Below, one piece after another: positions 29,627 to 39,416 of a stretch of DNA of 64,000 nucleotides. The stretch is from NCBI GenBank assembly GCA_964454835.1, contig CAYVTU010000011.1:26243-90242 (forward strand), read 5' to 3'. The notes beneath the pieces are model-generated. The model saw nothing but the letters and a program-made list of their open reading frames with translations, did no database searches and was not told where the DNA came from. Position numbers and translations under genes: made by a program. Source of the DNA: an uncultured Brachyspira sp. GTDB taxonomy: Bacteria > Spirochaetota > JAAYUW01. Numbering within the stretch: the first letter of the stretch is position 1; every line of letters begins with the position of its first letter.

Positions 29627-31839
29627 TTGTTTTCTTCTTCCAATTTTTTTAGTTCATATTCATCTGGATAGTTTATTCTATTATGAAACATTGAGTATAG
29701 ATTGTTAATAAGCAAATTTTGTATACTAGATAAATCCTTTAATGTTAAAGGAGATTCTTCAAGTTGACCATCTTTTGATTTATTTGAAATAACATCACTT
29801 ACAATTTTTTCAATGCTTTTTTTATCTGTATTTTTTAATGTTCTGGAAGCAGCTTCAATAGCGTCAACGATCATGATAATTGCTGCTTCTTTTGATTTAG
29901 GTTTAGGATAATTATAGCAAAAGTTTATTTTCTCAACATTTTCTTTCTTTTTTTCAAGAGCTTTTACATAAAAATAACTGATTAAAGATGTTCCATGATG
30001 TTGTTCAATAATATCTATAACTTCTTTTGGTAAACGAAGTTTTTTTGCTTCTGAAATTCCGAATTTTACATGATTTTTGATTATTGTTACTGCCATATTA
30101 GGATTCAAAACTTCTACAGTAGGATTTTCACCATGTTGGTTTTCGATGAAATATTTTGAATATCTAATTTTTCCAATATCATGATATAGACCACCAGCTT
30201 TTGCTATATAGGGGTTTGCATTACAATTAGCAGCAGCTTTTTCTGCCAATGTTGCAACTATTACTGAATGATGGTAAGTTCCAGGTGCTTTAAGCATGAA
30301 ATCAGAGAAAAAACTATTATTTAAATCACATATTTCAAGTAATTTTGATGCTGTTGGGAAGTTGAATATGTTCTCAAGTATTGGTGTCAGCCCAAAAAAT
30401 AATACCATAGAAAAAACTATATTAAAAATACCAGAAAACAATAATTCAACTAAATTAAAAGATTTTGAAAATATTAAATTAGTAGATAAAGAATAAATTG
30501 TAGTTATTATCATAGAAATCATGATTTTGGTAAAAATTGCTTTTTTATAACTTTGTATTTGTAAAGGGAAAAAAGATAAGGCAGTATAAAGCATCAATCC
30601 ATATAAAAGCAATATATAATCAAATCCTGTTATCACAAATAGAATAAATATAAAAGATAGATATACAATTACTCTATCATTTATTGAATATGCAAATTCA
30701 ATTAAAAGATAAAAAAGCAAAAGAGGAAAAAGAAAAAATGGTGGTATAAAACTTATTGTTTTTAGTTCATATAATATATAGAAAAAGAAAGAAAGAAATA
30801 TAAGAATAAAAAAATAAACAGAATACCTTCTATATAATTTAAAAGATGTAGAAAAACTAAAAAGATAAAAGGAAATAATTAAACCAATAAAGACAAGTAA
30901 AATTAGAGAAGAAAAAAGATTAGATAGTTGATTGTTTTTTAAAGATTTTCGAATCAATATTAGTAGCCTTTTTATTTCCGGATTAACTTTTTCACCTTTT
31001 CTAATAATAATTGTTCCAGCAGAAATATCGATGGTTTTTGGAGTAAAATTTGTTAATGCTGTATTTTTTAGTTCATCACTTTGTAACTGATCAAAAACAA
31101 GGTTCTCTTTCAAGTTCTTCTTAATAAATTCATAGAATATTATTCTTTCTTCGTTAAGAAGATTTTGATCAAAAATAGTTCCCTTAAAAATTTGATTGTA
31201 CAATTGATCTATTTTTAAATCCTTATTATCCTCACAGATAAATGTATCTATCGATACTTCTTTTCTTATAGTGTCAAATTGTCGATACCAATCAACATAG
31301 ACGACATTTTTTGAATTATTAACTAATTGACTTGAATCTAAATTTGTTATTCCTTTACTATATAAAGTATATAAAAAATTTCTAAATAGTTTGATAGTAG
31401 TTTCATTATCTGACATAATAATCAAAATTGGAATAATTTTTGAATTTACAAGACTTAAATCTGTTTGATTAATCATAAATTTCGAAATTTCATCTGGAAT
31501 TGGTCTTTCACTGGAAATAAATTTAAACAATCTTTCAAAACTATTCCACTGTCTATAAAAAACAGAATCATAAATATTATATACAGAAGGAATATCTTGT
31601 AAAAAAATTTTTTTTTCTTCTTCAGTTTTTAATTCATCAATTATCTTTATATCTTTAGTTACAATTATATCTTCTTTAATTATTTCATCTGATCCTGGTA
31701 TTATATTAAAACCATTAATTGAAAAAATCTGAAAAAAAATATAAAAAATTATTAAGATAATATAGCAAATTATGAAAATAAAAAATGAAGAATTTTTTTC
31801 AAAAAAAATGTGGTTTTTATTTTTGTATTCTTTGTTCAT
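29623..31839 (-). CDS. pgpH: 7TM-receptor HD-domain phosphohydrolase (PgpH/YqfF-like)
   Basis: Large N-terminal extracytoplasmic region, a multi-TM core, and a C-terminal HD domain (…YHHSVIVATLAEKAA…HDIGK…). Confidence 0.7.
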   Translation of the reverse strand: MNKEYKNKNHIFFEKNSSFFIFIICYIILIIFYIFFQIFSINGFNIIPGSDEIIKEDIIVTKDIKIIDELKTEEEKKIFLQDIPSVYNIYDSVFYRQWNSFERLFKFISSERPIPDEISKFMINQTDLSLVNSKIIPILIIMSDNETTIKLFRNFLYTLYSKGITNLDSSQLVNNSKNVVYVDWYRQFDTIRKEVSIDTFICEDNKDLKIDQLYNQIFKGTIFDQNLLNEERIIFYEFIKKNLKENLVFDQLQSDELKNTALTNFTPKTIDISAGTIIIRKGEKVNPEIKRLLILIRKSLKNNQLSNLFSSLILLVFIGLIISFYLFSFSTSFKLYRRYSVYFFILIFLSFFFYILYELKTISFIPPFFLFPLLLFYLLIEFAYSINDRVIVYLSFIFILFVITGFDYILLLYGLMLYTALSFFPLQIQSYKKAIFTKIMISMIITTIYSLSTNLIFSKSFNLVELLFSGIFNIVFSMVLFFGLTPILENIFNFPTASKLLEICDLNNSFFSDFMLKAPGTYHHSVIVATLAEKAAANCNANPYIAKAGGLYHDIGKIRYSKYFIENQHGENPTVEVLNPNMAVTIIKNHVKFGISEAKKLRLPKEVIDIIEQHHGTSLISYFYVKALEKKKENVEKINFCYNYPKPKSKEAAIIMIVDAIEAASRTLKNTDKKSIEKIVSDVISNKSKDGQLEESPLTLKDLSSIQNLLINNLYSMFHNRINYPDEYELKKLEEENK

Positions 31840-32812
31840 AATCTTCTAGTACATTAAGCATTTTTCTCACAAGACTATGCCTGATAATATCTTTTTTCAT
31901 AAATTCGATGATTGAAATATCATCAATAGATTTAAAAAGTTCTATTATTGAAGATAGCCCAGAATCACTCTTTTTCTCGAGATCAATTTGTGTTATATCA
32001 CCTGTTATTATTACTTTTGAATGGAATCCCATTCTTGTAAGAAACATTTTTAGTTGAGAGTAGGTAGCATTTTGAGCTTCATCCAAAATAATAATTGCAT
32101 CATTTAAGGTTCTCCCTCTCATATAAGCCAATGGGATGATTTCGATAATATCAGAATGTATCAAGTATTCATATGTCTGAGGACCAACAATATCAAATAT
32201 TGAATCATACAATGGCTTCAAATAAGGGCTGATTTTTTCAATAAAGTCACCTGGTAAAAAACCCAGCTTCTCTCCTGCTTCTACCACCGGTCTTGTTAAA
32301 ATTATTCTTTTATAATTGTTCATAAACAACTGTTGAAGTGCAAATCCAACAGCTAAATAAGTTTTGCCTGTTCCTGCTGGACCATAACATATAGTTAAAT
32401 CATAATTAGTCATTGAATCAAAATAATGTATCTGATTTTCTGTTTTTGGTTCAATTTTTTTACCAATTCTTTGAAGTTTGATTGAACTTTTAGTTCTATT
32501 TTCTGGGTTCAGTAAATTATCCTGCTCAGCCTGTTCAACAAGTAATCTTACTTCATCAAAAGGTATATGTCCATTTTTTTTTGCAATTGAAATCAGGTTT
32601 TCAAATATTGGGATTGCATAATTTAATTTCTCTGTAAGTCCCTGAATAATATATTCATCTTCGCTGATATAAATATCTATATTAAAGTGATTCTCAAGAT
32701 ATCTTATTATAGAATCATTAATTCCATTTATTATTGGAATAATATTACTTGGAACTTTAATCTTCTCTTCTGATGTTTTTGTTATATTTTTTTCTCTCTT
32801 ACCAGTTTTCAT
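31817..32812 (-). CDS. phoH: PhoH-like ATPase (YbeZ)
   Basis: Walker A GPAGTGKTYLAV and the PhoH family C-terminal region. Confidence 0.85.
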   Translation of the reverse strand: MKTGKREKNITKTSEEKIKVPSNIIPIINGINDSIIRYLENHFNIDIYISEDEYIIQGLTEKLNYAIPIFENLISIAKKNGHIPFDEVRLLVEQAEQDNLLNPENRTKSSIKLQRIGKKIEPKTENQIHYFDSMTNYDLTICYGPAGTGKTYLAVGFALQQLFMNNYKRIILTRPVVEAGEKLGFLPGDFIEKISPYLKPLYDSIFDIVGPQTYEYLIHSDIIEIIPLAYMRGRTLNDAIIILDEAQNATYSQLKMFLTRMGFHSKVIITGDITQIDLEKKSDSGLSSIIELFKSIDDISIIEFMKKDIIRHSLVRKMLNVLEDYEQRIQK

Positions 32813-32823
32813 TAATCTGTTTT

Positions 32824-33399
32824 TTAAGAAATTCTATCCTTTACATTTAATTTTGAATAAATAAACAAAGAAATGATTAATTTATAAATATCAAATATAA
32901 TAAAAGATAAAACACCAACAATAAATGCCTGCAAAGGTTTCATAAATCTTAATAGTCCTAAAAATCCGAAAAAATAAACTGTAATCAAAGCTAATATTCC
33001 TCTTATGGAAAGAGAAATATAGTCTATTTTATTAATATTATTTTTACTATTATCTGTTTTACAAGCAAAAAAAGAGGCAAATAAAAAGCCTACAAGATAT
33101 CCTCCTGTTGGTCCAAATAGAGATAGAAAACCAAAATTCTTTGAAAAGACATTGAAATTTAATAACCCAAGGGTCAAATAAGAGGAAATAGCTATAAAAG
33201 CTGTTTTTTTATCTTCAAAAAAAATAATAAAAAATATAATAAGTGTCTGAAATGTAAAAGGAACAATTGAAAATGGTAGGTAAAACTTGATTTTCGCAGA
33301 TATTGCAAGGAGAATTACATAAAAAAATATTGAAATAAATTTATATTCTACTTTTGAAAGATAAGTATTCGCTAATTTTTTATTAGAATAAAATTCCAT
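32824..33399 (-). CDS. bioY: Biotin ECF-transporter S component BioY-like
   Basis: 191 aa and multi-TM, with BioY-like motifs (…FTFQTL…GPTGGYLVGF…). Confidence 0.6.
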   Translation of the reverse strand: MEFYSNKKLANTYLSKVEYKFISIFFYVILLAISAKIKFYLPFSIVPFTFQTLIIFFIIFFEDKKTAFIAISSYLTLGLLNFNVFSKNFGFLSLFGPTGGYLVGFLFASFFACKTDNSKNNINKIDYISLSIRGILALITVYFFGFLGLLRFMKPLQAFIVGVLSFIIFDIYKLIISLFIYSKLNVKDRIS

Positions 33400-33596
33400 G
33401 CAAATTCCTTTTATATCTTTACTTAACCTTTTTTACTATTTTTATAAAATATTGCAACTGAAAACTTTTAATAATTTTTAATAATTAGAACTAAAAGACA
33501 AAAATAATTTGTATATTTATTTTTTTATATAGTTTAAATTTTACTATTATTCTTAATAAATTTTGACGATAAAATAGATAAGAAAAGGAGTTTGAT

Positions 33597-33770
33597 ATGA
33601 TAACCATGGAAGGTGTAAATGAATATCAAAACTCTCGAATTATATTAAATGCACAAATTTATTTCATCAAAAAAATGCTTGATGTTACAAAAGAACAACA
33701 AACAGTAATTCGAGAAAGTTTAAAAGACCCCCCACAAAATCCTGATTCAACTTTTACAAAAGTAGTTTAA
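33597..33770 (+). CDS. Small hypothetical protein (57 aa)
   Basis: ATG preceded by AAAAGGAG at -14 to -7. Clean 57-codon ORF in an otherwise empty 500-nt intergenic region. Confidence 0.3.
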   Translation: MITMEGVNEYQNSRIILNAQIYFIKKMLDVTKEQQTVIRESLKDPPQNPDSTFTKVV

Positions 33771-33818
33771 ATTTTAAATTTTACTCTTAATTTTCTAAGT
33801 ACCATTAAAGGGGGATAA

Positions 33819-33889
33819 ATGGTACAATTTAATTGCAAAATTCCTACAATGTGTTATTTTTGAAGTAGCAGTAAAGAATATACTGCTAC
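33819..33889 (+). promoter_or_regulatory. Leader-like mini-ORF (MVQFNCKIPTMCYF, 14 aa) with a strong SD, followed 2 nt later by hairpin GTAGCAGT-loop-ACTGCTAC and a short U tract. It lies 13 nt upstream of tsaD.
   Basis: Read directly: AAAGGGGGATAAATG at 33808-33821, stop TGA at 33861-33863, hairpin at 33865-33889. Confidence 0.35.
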
Positions 33890-33901
33890 TTTAATATTAA
33901 T

Positions 33902-34945
33902 ATGTATATATTAGGAATAGAAACTTCTTGTGATGATACATCTGTTTCCATCGTTCAAGATGGAAAAAAAATCATATCTCTTTTTTCAGTTTCACAGAAT
34001 AAAGCTCACGAATCATTTCAAGGTGTAGTACCTGAAATTGCCTCTCGCGAACATCTTAAAGTCATATATAAAACCACTGAAGAGACTCTAATAAAATCAA
34101 ATCTTGCATTTGAACAAATGGATGCAATAGCTGTCACTTCTCAGCCTGGTTTAATAGGTTCATTGATAATTGGATTAAATTTTGCTAAAGGTCTAGCATA
34201 TAATTTCAATAAACCTCTTATTCCAGTAAATCATCTTATAGCTCATGTTTATTCTAATTTTTTTAATAATAATATAGAATTTCCTTTTATTTCTTTATTG
34301 ATTTCTGGGGGACATACTGCTTTATTTGTTTTTTACTCTTTTGATGAGTATAAGATAATTGGAAAAACTATTGATGATTCATGTGGGGAAGCCTTTGATA
34401 AAATTTCAAAATATTTTAATCTAGGTTATCCAGGAGGTCCTATCATAGATAAGTTATCTAAAAATGGAAATTGTTTAACATATAAATTTCCTTTAGCCTT
34501 AGCAGATATAAAAAAATACGGTTTAAACTTTTCTTTTTCTGGATTGAAAACATCAGTTATACATTTTAGAGATAAATATAAAGTAGGACATGGAGAAAAC
34601 CAAAAAGAAAAAATTGAAGATATTCTCGCATCTTTTCAATATTCGGTTGCAAAGACTCTATTATTAAAAACTAAAAACGCGATATCTAAAACTGGAATAA
34701 AAAGAATTGTAGTAGCAGGAGGTTCTGCTGCAAATTCTGAAATTAGAAGAACATTTGAAGAACTAAAAAATGATGGTGTAGAGGTATTTTTCCCCCCTAT
34801 TAATCTTTGTTCTGATAATGGAGCAATGGTTGCTGGTTTAGCATATAATTATTATTTACGACAAAAGAATATCAATCAAGACTATTTATCATTAGATGCT
34901 AAATCAAGAATGGCTGAAATGAAAAGAAATAATTTGATTACTTAA
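33902..34945 (+). CDS. tsaD: tRNA N6-adenosine threonylcarbamoyltransferase
   Basis: MYILGIETSCDDTSVSIV… and the ASKH fold (Kae1/YgjD family) with metal-binding His pair (NHLIAHV). Confidence 0.9.
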   Translation: MYILGIETSCDDTSVSIVQDGKKIISLFSVSQNKAHESFQGVVPEIASREHLKVIYKTTEETLIKSNLAFEQMDAIAVTSQPGLIGSLIIGLNFAKGLAYNFNKPLIPVNHLIAHVYSNFFNNNIEFPFISLLISGGHTALFVFYSFDEYKIIGKTIDDSCGEAFDKISKYFNLGYPGGPIIDKLSKNGNCLTYKFPLALADIKKYGLNFSFSGLKTSVIHFRDKYKVGHGENQKEKIEDILASFQYSVAKTLLLKTKNAISKTGIKRIVVAGGSAANSEIRRTFEELKNDGVEVFFPPINLCSDNGAMVAGLAYNYYLRQKNINQDYLSLDAKSRMAEMKRNNLIT

Positions 34946-35075
34946 TTTAATTTAATTTTTTTAATAATTTTATAATAAAATTAATTATTTGTTGAAAAAA
35001 ATATTTTAAAAACTATATTTGAAATGAATAAAGGTCTGAAACTACTAATAATTTATAAGAAAGAGGAGTATTACA

Positions 35076-36005
35076 ATGAGCAAAAAGATATTATTAGCTA
35101 CTGAAAAACCTTTTGCAAAATCTGCGGTTGAATCAATTAAAAATGTATTTGAAAATGCTAAATTTGAATTACTTATTCTTGAATCCTATAAATCAGTGGA
35201 TGAACTTAAAGAATCGATCAAAGATGTTGATGGTATAATAGTTAGATCAGATAAACTTACTTCGGATATAATTCAAGCAGCTTCAAATCTTAAAATTGCA
35301 GTTAGAGCTGGTGCGGGCTATGATAATATTGATCTTGATGCTGCTTCAAAAAAGAAAATAGTTGTGATGAATACTCCTGGACAAAATTCTAATGCTGTTG
35401 CAGAACTTGCTTTTGGACTCATGCTTTACATTGCACGAAGAGGTTTTACTGGAAAAGATGGAACCGAACTTCGTGATAAAACAATAGGTATTCATGCCTA
35501 TGGATACGTAGGTAAATATGTTGCAAAAATTGCAAAAGGATTTGGTATGAAAATTATTGCATTTGATCCTTATGTGGATAAAAAAATCATGCAAAATGAC
35601 GGAGTAGAACCTGTATCTACTGTGGAAGAATTATATAAAACTTCTGATTATATTTCTATTCATTTACCACTATTACCTCAAACTGAAAAATCGATAAATT
35701 ACAAGCTCTTTAATTTACTAAAAAAAGGTGCTACCATTGTTAACACAGCAAGAACAGAGGTTATTGATGAAAATGATCTTATGAAAATAATGGAAGAAAG
35801 AAATGATGTACTTTACTGTGCCGATGTAGCTCCAACAAATAGGCAAGAATTTGAAAACAAATTTGAAAATCGTGTGTTTTTTACTGCAAAAAAAATAGGC
35901 GCTCAAACTATAGAAGCTAATAATAATGCAGGAATAGCTGCAGCTCAGCAAATAGTCAATTTCTTTATGAAAAATGATACAACATTTCAGGTAAATAAGT
36001 TTTAG
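35076..36005 (+). CDS. D-isomer-specific 2-hydroxyacid dehydrogenase family protein
   Basis: NAD-binding Rossmann segment (IGIHAYGYVGKYVA), a catalytic Arg (NTARTEVID) and overall SerA/GyaR-like layout. The position aligned to the TPHIG catalytic His reads TAKKIG. Confidence 0.65.
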   Translation: MSKKILLATEKPFAKSAVESIKNVFENAKFELLILESYKSVDELKESIKDVDGIIVRSDKLTSDIIQAASNLKIAVRAGAGYDNIDLDAASKKKIVVMNTPGQNSNAVAELAFGLMLYIARRGFTGKDGTELRDKTIGIHAYGYVGKYVAKIAKGFGMKIIAFDPYVDKKIMQNDGVEPVSTVEELYKTSDYISIHLPLLPQTEKSINYKLFNLLKKGATIVNTARTEVIDENDLMKIMEERNDVLYCADVAPTNRQEFENKFENRVFFTAKKIGAQTIEANNNAGIAAAQQIVNFFMKNDTTFQVNKF

Positions 36006-36078
36006 TTTTTAATTTTTATCTTAATTATAATAGGGTAACTTTGTTATTTTTGTTACCCTAATTTTTTTACTTTGTTTT

Positions 36079-36270
36079 TTAAGAAGCTAAAGAAAAAACA
36101 TTGCAAATATTTGCACATTTTCCACATTTTATACATTTACTTTCATCGATTCTTGGTGCTTTAAAGGGAGAATCTTGTAGTATTGCTCCAACAGGACAAA
36201 TATTAACTGCGGGACAATGATGATTTTTTGGACAAAATTGTTCTTTTACTTGAATTTTCTTCATATTCAC
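36079..36270 (-). CDS. Small ferredoxin-like Fe-S protein
   Basis: 63 aa, with CIKCGKCANIC (CxxCxxCxxxC) and a second Cys cluster CPKNHHCPAVNICP. Confidence 0.5.
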   Translation of the reverse strand: MNMKKIQVKEQFCPKNHHCPAVNICPVGAILQDSPFKAPRIDESKCIKCGKCANICNVFSLAS

Positions 36271-36420
36271 TGGATTTCCTTAAATTAATTATTATTTTTA
36301 TAAATATATAAAATAATAAATTTTAAGGCAATATCAAATTAAATTGAAAAATGCAGTGGTGATTACATAAAAATTACTAATAACATTTTTAAATATCAAT
36401 AATCATATATTAAGATAAAA

Positions 36421-36473
36421 TAAAAAAGGCTACCTCATAAGATTTGAGGCAGCCTAATATTGATTTTTTTTTA
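36421..36473. terminator. Rho-independent terminator (bidirectional-looking) downstream of the OTCase gene
   Basis: A run followed by hairpin GGCTACCTCA-taagattt-GAGGCAGCC, then a T run (gattttttttt). Confidence 0.5.
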
Positions 36474-36489
36474 TTATTGAAATAAAAGT

Positions 36490-37470
36490 TTATTTACCCA
36501 TTGTAGCTATCATTATTGCTTTGATTGTGTGCACTCTATTTTCTGCTTCATCAAATACTAGAGAATGTTTTGATTCGAATACTTCTTCTGTAGCTTCACA
36601 AATGTCAGGGAATTTTTTAGAAAGATCTGTGTCATTATTGTGAAATGATGGCAAGCAATGTAAAAAGATTACTTCATCGTTACCAGTCTTTTTTATCATT
36701 TCCATAGTAATCTGATATGGTTTTAATAGTTTTATTCTTTCTGGAATTTTATCTTCTTCCCCCATTGAAGCCCAAACATCCGTATAGATTACATCAGCTC
36801 CTTTTACACCTTCAGCAACATTATCGGTAACAGTAATTTTTGCACCAGTTTTTTTAGCAAAATCATTACATTCATTCAATAATTCTTTCTCAGGGTGAAG
36901 TGAAGAAGGAGCAACTATTCTATAATCCATTCCAACCATAGCGGCTCCTTCCATTAATGAGTTCGCCATATTATTTCTTCCATCACCAACATATGCAAAT
37001 TTTATTCCTTTCAAATAACCAAATTTTTCTTTAACAGTCTGGAAATCTGCAAGAACCTGAGTCGGATGAAATTTATCAGTTAGACCATTCCATACAGGTA
37101 CTCCAGCCCATTTGGCAAGTTGTTCAACTGTATCATGCTTAAAACCTCTAAATTGAATACCATCGAACATTCTTCCTAATACTCTTGCTGTATCTTTGAC
37201 TGTTTCTTTTTTCCCAAGCTGAATATCATCTTTTCCAAGATATTCGGGATGAGCACCTTCATCATAACAAGCAACGACAAATGCACATCTTGTTCTTGTG
37301 GATGCTTTTTCAAAGATAAGAGCAACATTTTTTCCTTCAAGATTTTTCCCAAAAACACCTATTCTTTTTTGTTTCTTCAAATCGATAGCCATATCAATAA
37401 GCATTTCGACTTCATAAGGTGAACAATCCATCAATCTTAGAAAACTTCTTCCTTTCATGTTAACTGGCAT
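36490..37470 (-). CDS. argF: Ornithine carbamoyltransferase
   Basis: The carbamoyl-phosphate motif STRTR and the ornithine-binding HCLP motif are present. 326 aa. Confidence 0.85.
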   Translation of the reverse strand: MPVNMKGRSFLRLMDCSPYEVEMLIDMAIDLKKQKRIGVFGKNLEGKNVALIFEKASTRTRCAFVVACYDEGAHPEYLGKDDIQLGKKETVKDTARVLGRMFDGIQFRGFKHDTVEQLAKWAGVPVWNGLTDKFHPTQVLADFQTVKEKFGYLKGIKFAYVGDGRNNMANSLMEGAAMVGMDYRIVAPSSLHPEKELLNECNDFAKKTGAKITVTDNVAEGVKGADVIYTDVWASMGEEDKIPERIKLLKPYQITMEMIKKTGNDEVIFLHCLPSFHNNDTDLSKKFPDICEATEEVFESKHSLVFDEAENRVHTIKAIMIATMGK

Positions 37471-37607
37471 TTTTTTCTCCTTGTTGATTTTTGTTTAAAG
37501 CAAATCTATGTACTATGTCAAAAACATATTCAACTGCCATAAATTAATTACAATCTTAAAATTTAATGTCAAGATTATTAACAAATATTAGATTTTATAA
37601 AGAAAAA

Positions 37608-37679
37608 TAGCGGCGAAGGGATTTGAACCCCTGACCAATCGGATATGAGCCGAGTGCTCTACCACTGAGCTACGCCGCC
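37608..37679 (-). tRNA. tRNA-Met (anticodon CAU). Could alternatively be a lysidine-modified tRNA-Ile2.
   Basis: Reverse complement: GGCGGCGTAGCTCAGTGGTAGAGCACTCGGCTCATATCCGATTGGTCAGGGGTTCAAATCCCTTCGCCGCTA. It has a cloverleaf with a 7-nt anticodon loop CTCATAT and a T-loop TTCAAAT. CCA is not encoded. Confidence 0.85.
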
Positions 37680-37752
37680 ATTTTGTTTAATGACTAGTAG
37701 AAATTAACACAATCAATATTATTGTCAAATATTTTATTAATTTAGTAAGATA

Positions 37753-39264
37753 TTACCTTCCTATACTTAACATAAGACTCATACCTTTTCTATTAATCAA
37801 GATAATTATTTTTTTTGCATTTTTTAGTTTATCAAGTACTTCATAAAATTGTTCTGGATCTGTTATTTCATAATCATTTATTTGATATATTACATCACCT
37901 TCTGCTATTCCCAGTTGAGCAGCGGGAGAATTTGGAGCAACTCCTAGCACAATTACTCCATTTTTTACACCATATGCTCTATATTTTTCCTTTGTCTGCT
38001 GGTCCATGGCTCCCACAAGAACTCCTAACCAATTATTAGGTTTATCTAATGTAGAAGTCTTACTTTGCCTTTTTTCTATTATGATATTTAAACTAAGACT
38101 CTTTAATTTCCCTTCTTCTTTTCGTAAAATTTGCAGCGTTACTTTATCACCTGGTTTAGTACTTTTAACTTGAAATGCAAGATCACCAGGATTATTTATT
38201 TTGATTCCATTATATGTCAATATAACATCTAAGTTTTTAAGACCTGCTTTTGCAGAAGGTGAACCTGGCTCAATAGAAGCCACAATGACACCTGTTATTT
38301 CCTTTAATCCGAAGTATTCAGCTTTATTTTTATCCATAGGATAAACTGTAACTCCAATATAACCATACTCAATTGGTTTACCAGAAATTAATTCGCTCAA
38401 ATTTTTCTTTACAATATTTATTGGAATAGCAAAACCTACTCCCGCATAATTTCCAGTCTGGGAATATATAGCGTCATTTATTCCAATTACTTCACCTTTT
38501 ATGTTAAGTAAAGGACCTCCTGAATTTCCAGGGTTAATTGCGGCATCAATTTGGATGAAGTTTTCAAACTGATTAATTCCCAAAGATGTTCTTCCTTTAG
38601 CAGATACTATACCTTGAGTAAAAGTTCCATCTAATCCAAAAGGATTTCCTATAGCAAATATTATATCGCCGATTTCTATCGAATCAGAATCACCCAATTT
38701 TACAACTGGAAGAATTTTGCCAGGGGCATTTATCTTAATAACTGCGACATCGAGATCTTTATCTACTCCTAAAACCTTTCCTTCATATTCAGAACCATCC
38801 ATCAATTTTATTTTAAGATCTTTAACATTATTTACAACATGATAATTGGTAAGAATATGGCCTTCTTTTGAAATTATAAAACCCGAACCAAATACCTCTA
38901 CTTCTCTTTTAGATGGTTGATTTTGAGAAAAAGGATCACCAAAAGGGAAGAAAAAAGGAAAATTTGGAACTTCTTGCTCAATTAATGAAGTGATATGCAC
39001 AACAGCATTAAGATTTTCTTTAGCTATTTTCCTAAACTGTTGCTGAATAGAAAGATATATTGATGAATTGTCATTTAAATTTATTTGATTATTAGTTTGG
39101 TTTTGATTTTGATTTGTATCTTGAGCATTTACAATACTATTTACAGTACTATTTTTATGGTTTATTGCATTATTAATTAATAGTGCGGTAGTAATAGAAG
39201 CTGTAAGTAAAATAAAAAGAATAACATAGGAAAATAGATTTTTTAATTTCATATAATCCTCCAA
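37753..39264 (-). CDS. htrA: Periplasmic serine endoprotease HtrA/DegP family with two PDZ domains
   Basis: Signal peptide, a trypsin-like domain with GNSGGPLLN around the catalytic Ser, and two PDZ segments. Confidence 0.9.
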   Translation of the reverse strand: MEDYMKLKNLFSYVILFILLTASITTALLINNAINHKNSTVNSIVNAQDTNQNQNQTNNQINLNDNSSIYLSIQQQFRKIAKENLNAVVHITSLIEQEVPNFPFFFPFGDPFSQNQPSKREVEVFGSGFIISKEGHILTNYHVVNNVKDLKIKLMDGSEYEGKVLGVDKDLDVAVIKINAPGKILPVVKLGDSDSIEIGDIIFAIGNPFGLDGTFTQGIVSAKGRTSLGINQFENFIQIDAAINPGNSGGPLLNIKGEVIGINDAIYSQTGNYAGVGFAIPINIVKKNLSELISGKPIEYGYIGVTVYPMDKNKAEYFGLKEITGVIVASIEPGSPSAKAGLKNLDVILTYNGIKINNPGDLAFQVKSTKPGDKVTLQILRKEEGKLKSLSLNIIIEKRQSKTSTLDKPNNWLGVLVGAMDQQTKEKYRAYGVKNGVIVLGVAPNSPAAQLGIAEGDVIYQINDYEITDPEQFYEVLDKLKNAKKIIILINRKGMSLMLSIGR

Positions 39265-39416
39265 ATTTTAAACAAAATTAAAATTAAGTAAAAATAACAA
39301 ATATCAAAATAATTTTATTAATAAATGAAATTTAATTATTTTTATTATTTAATTTTTATTTTTTTCTCTATAATAAATTAATAAAAATTTAATTATCAGT
39401 CAATTGAATAAAATAT

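Noticed and set aside
36079-36270. Possible toxin-antitoxin or small regulatory ORF near the OTCase terminator
   Set aside because: The Cys spacing fits a small Fe-S ferredoxin. There is no partner ORF.
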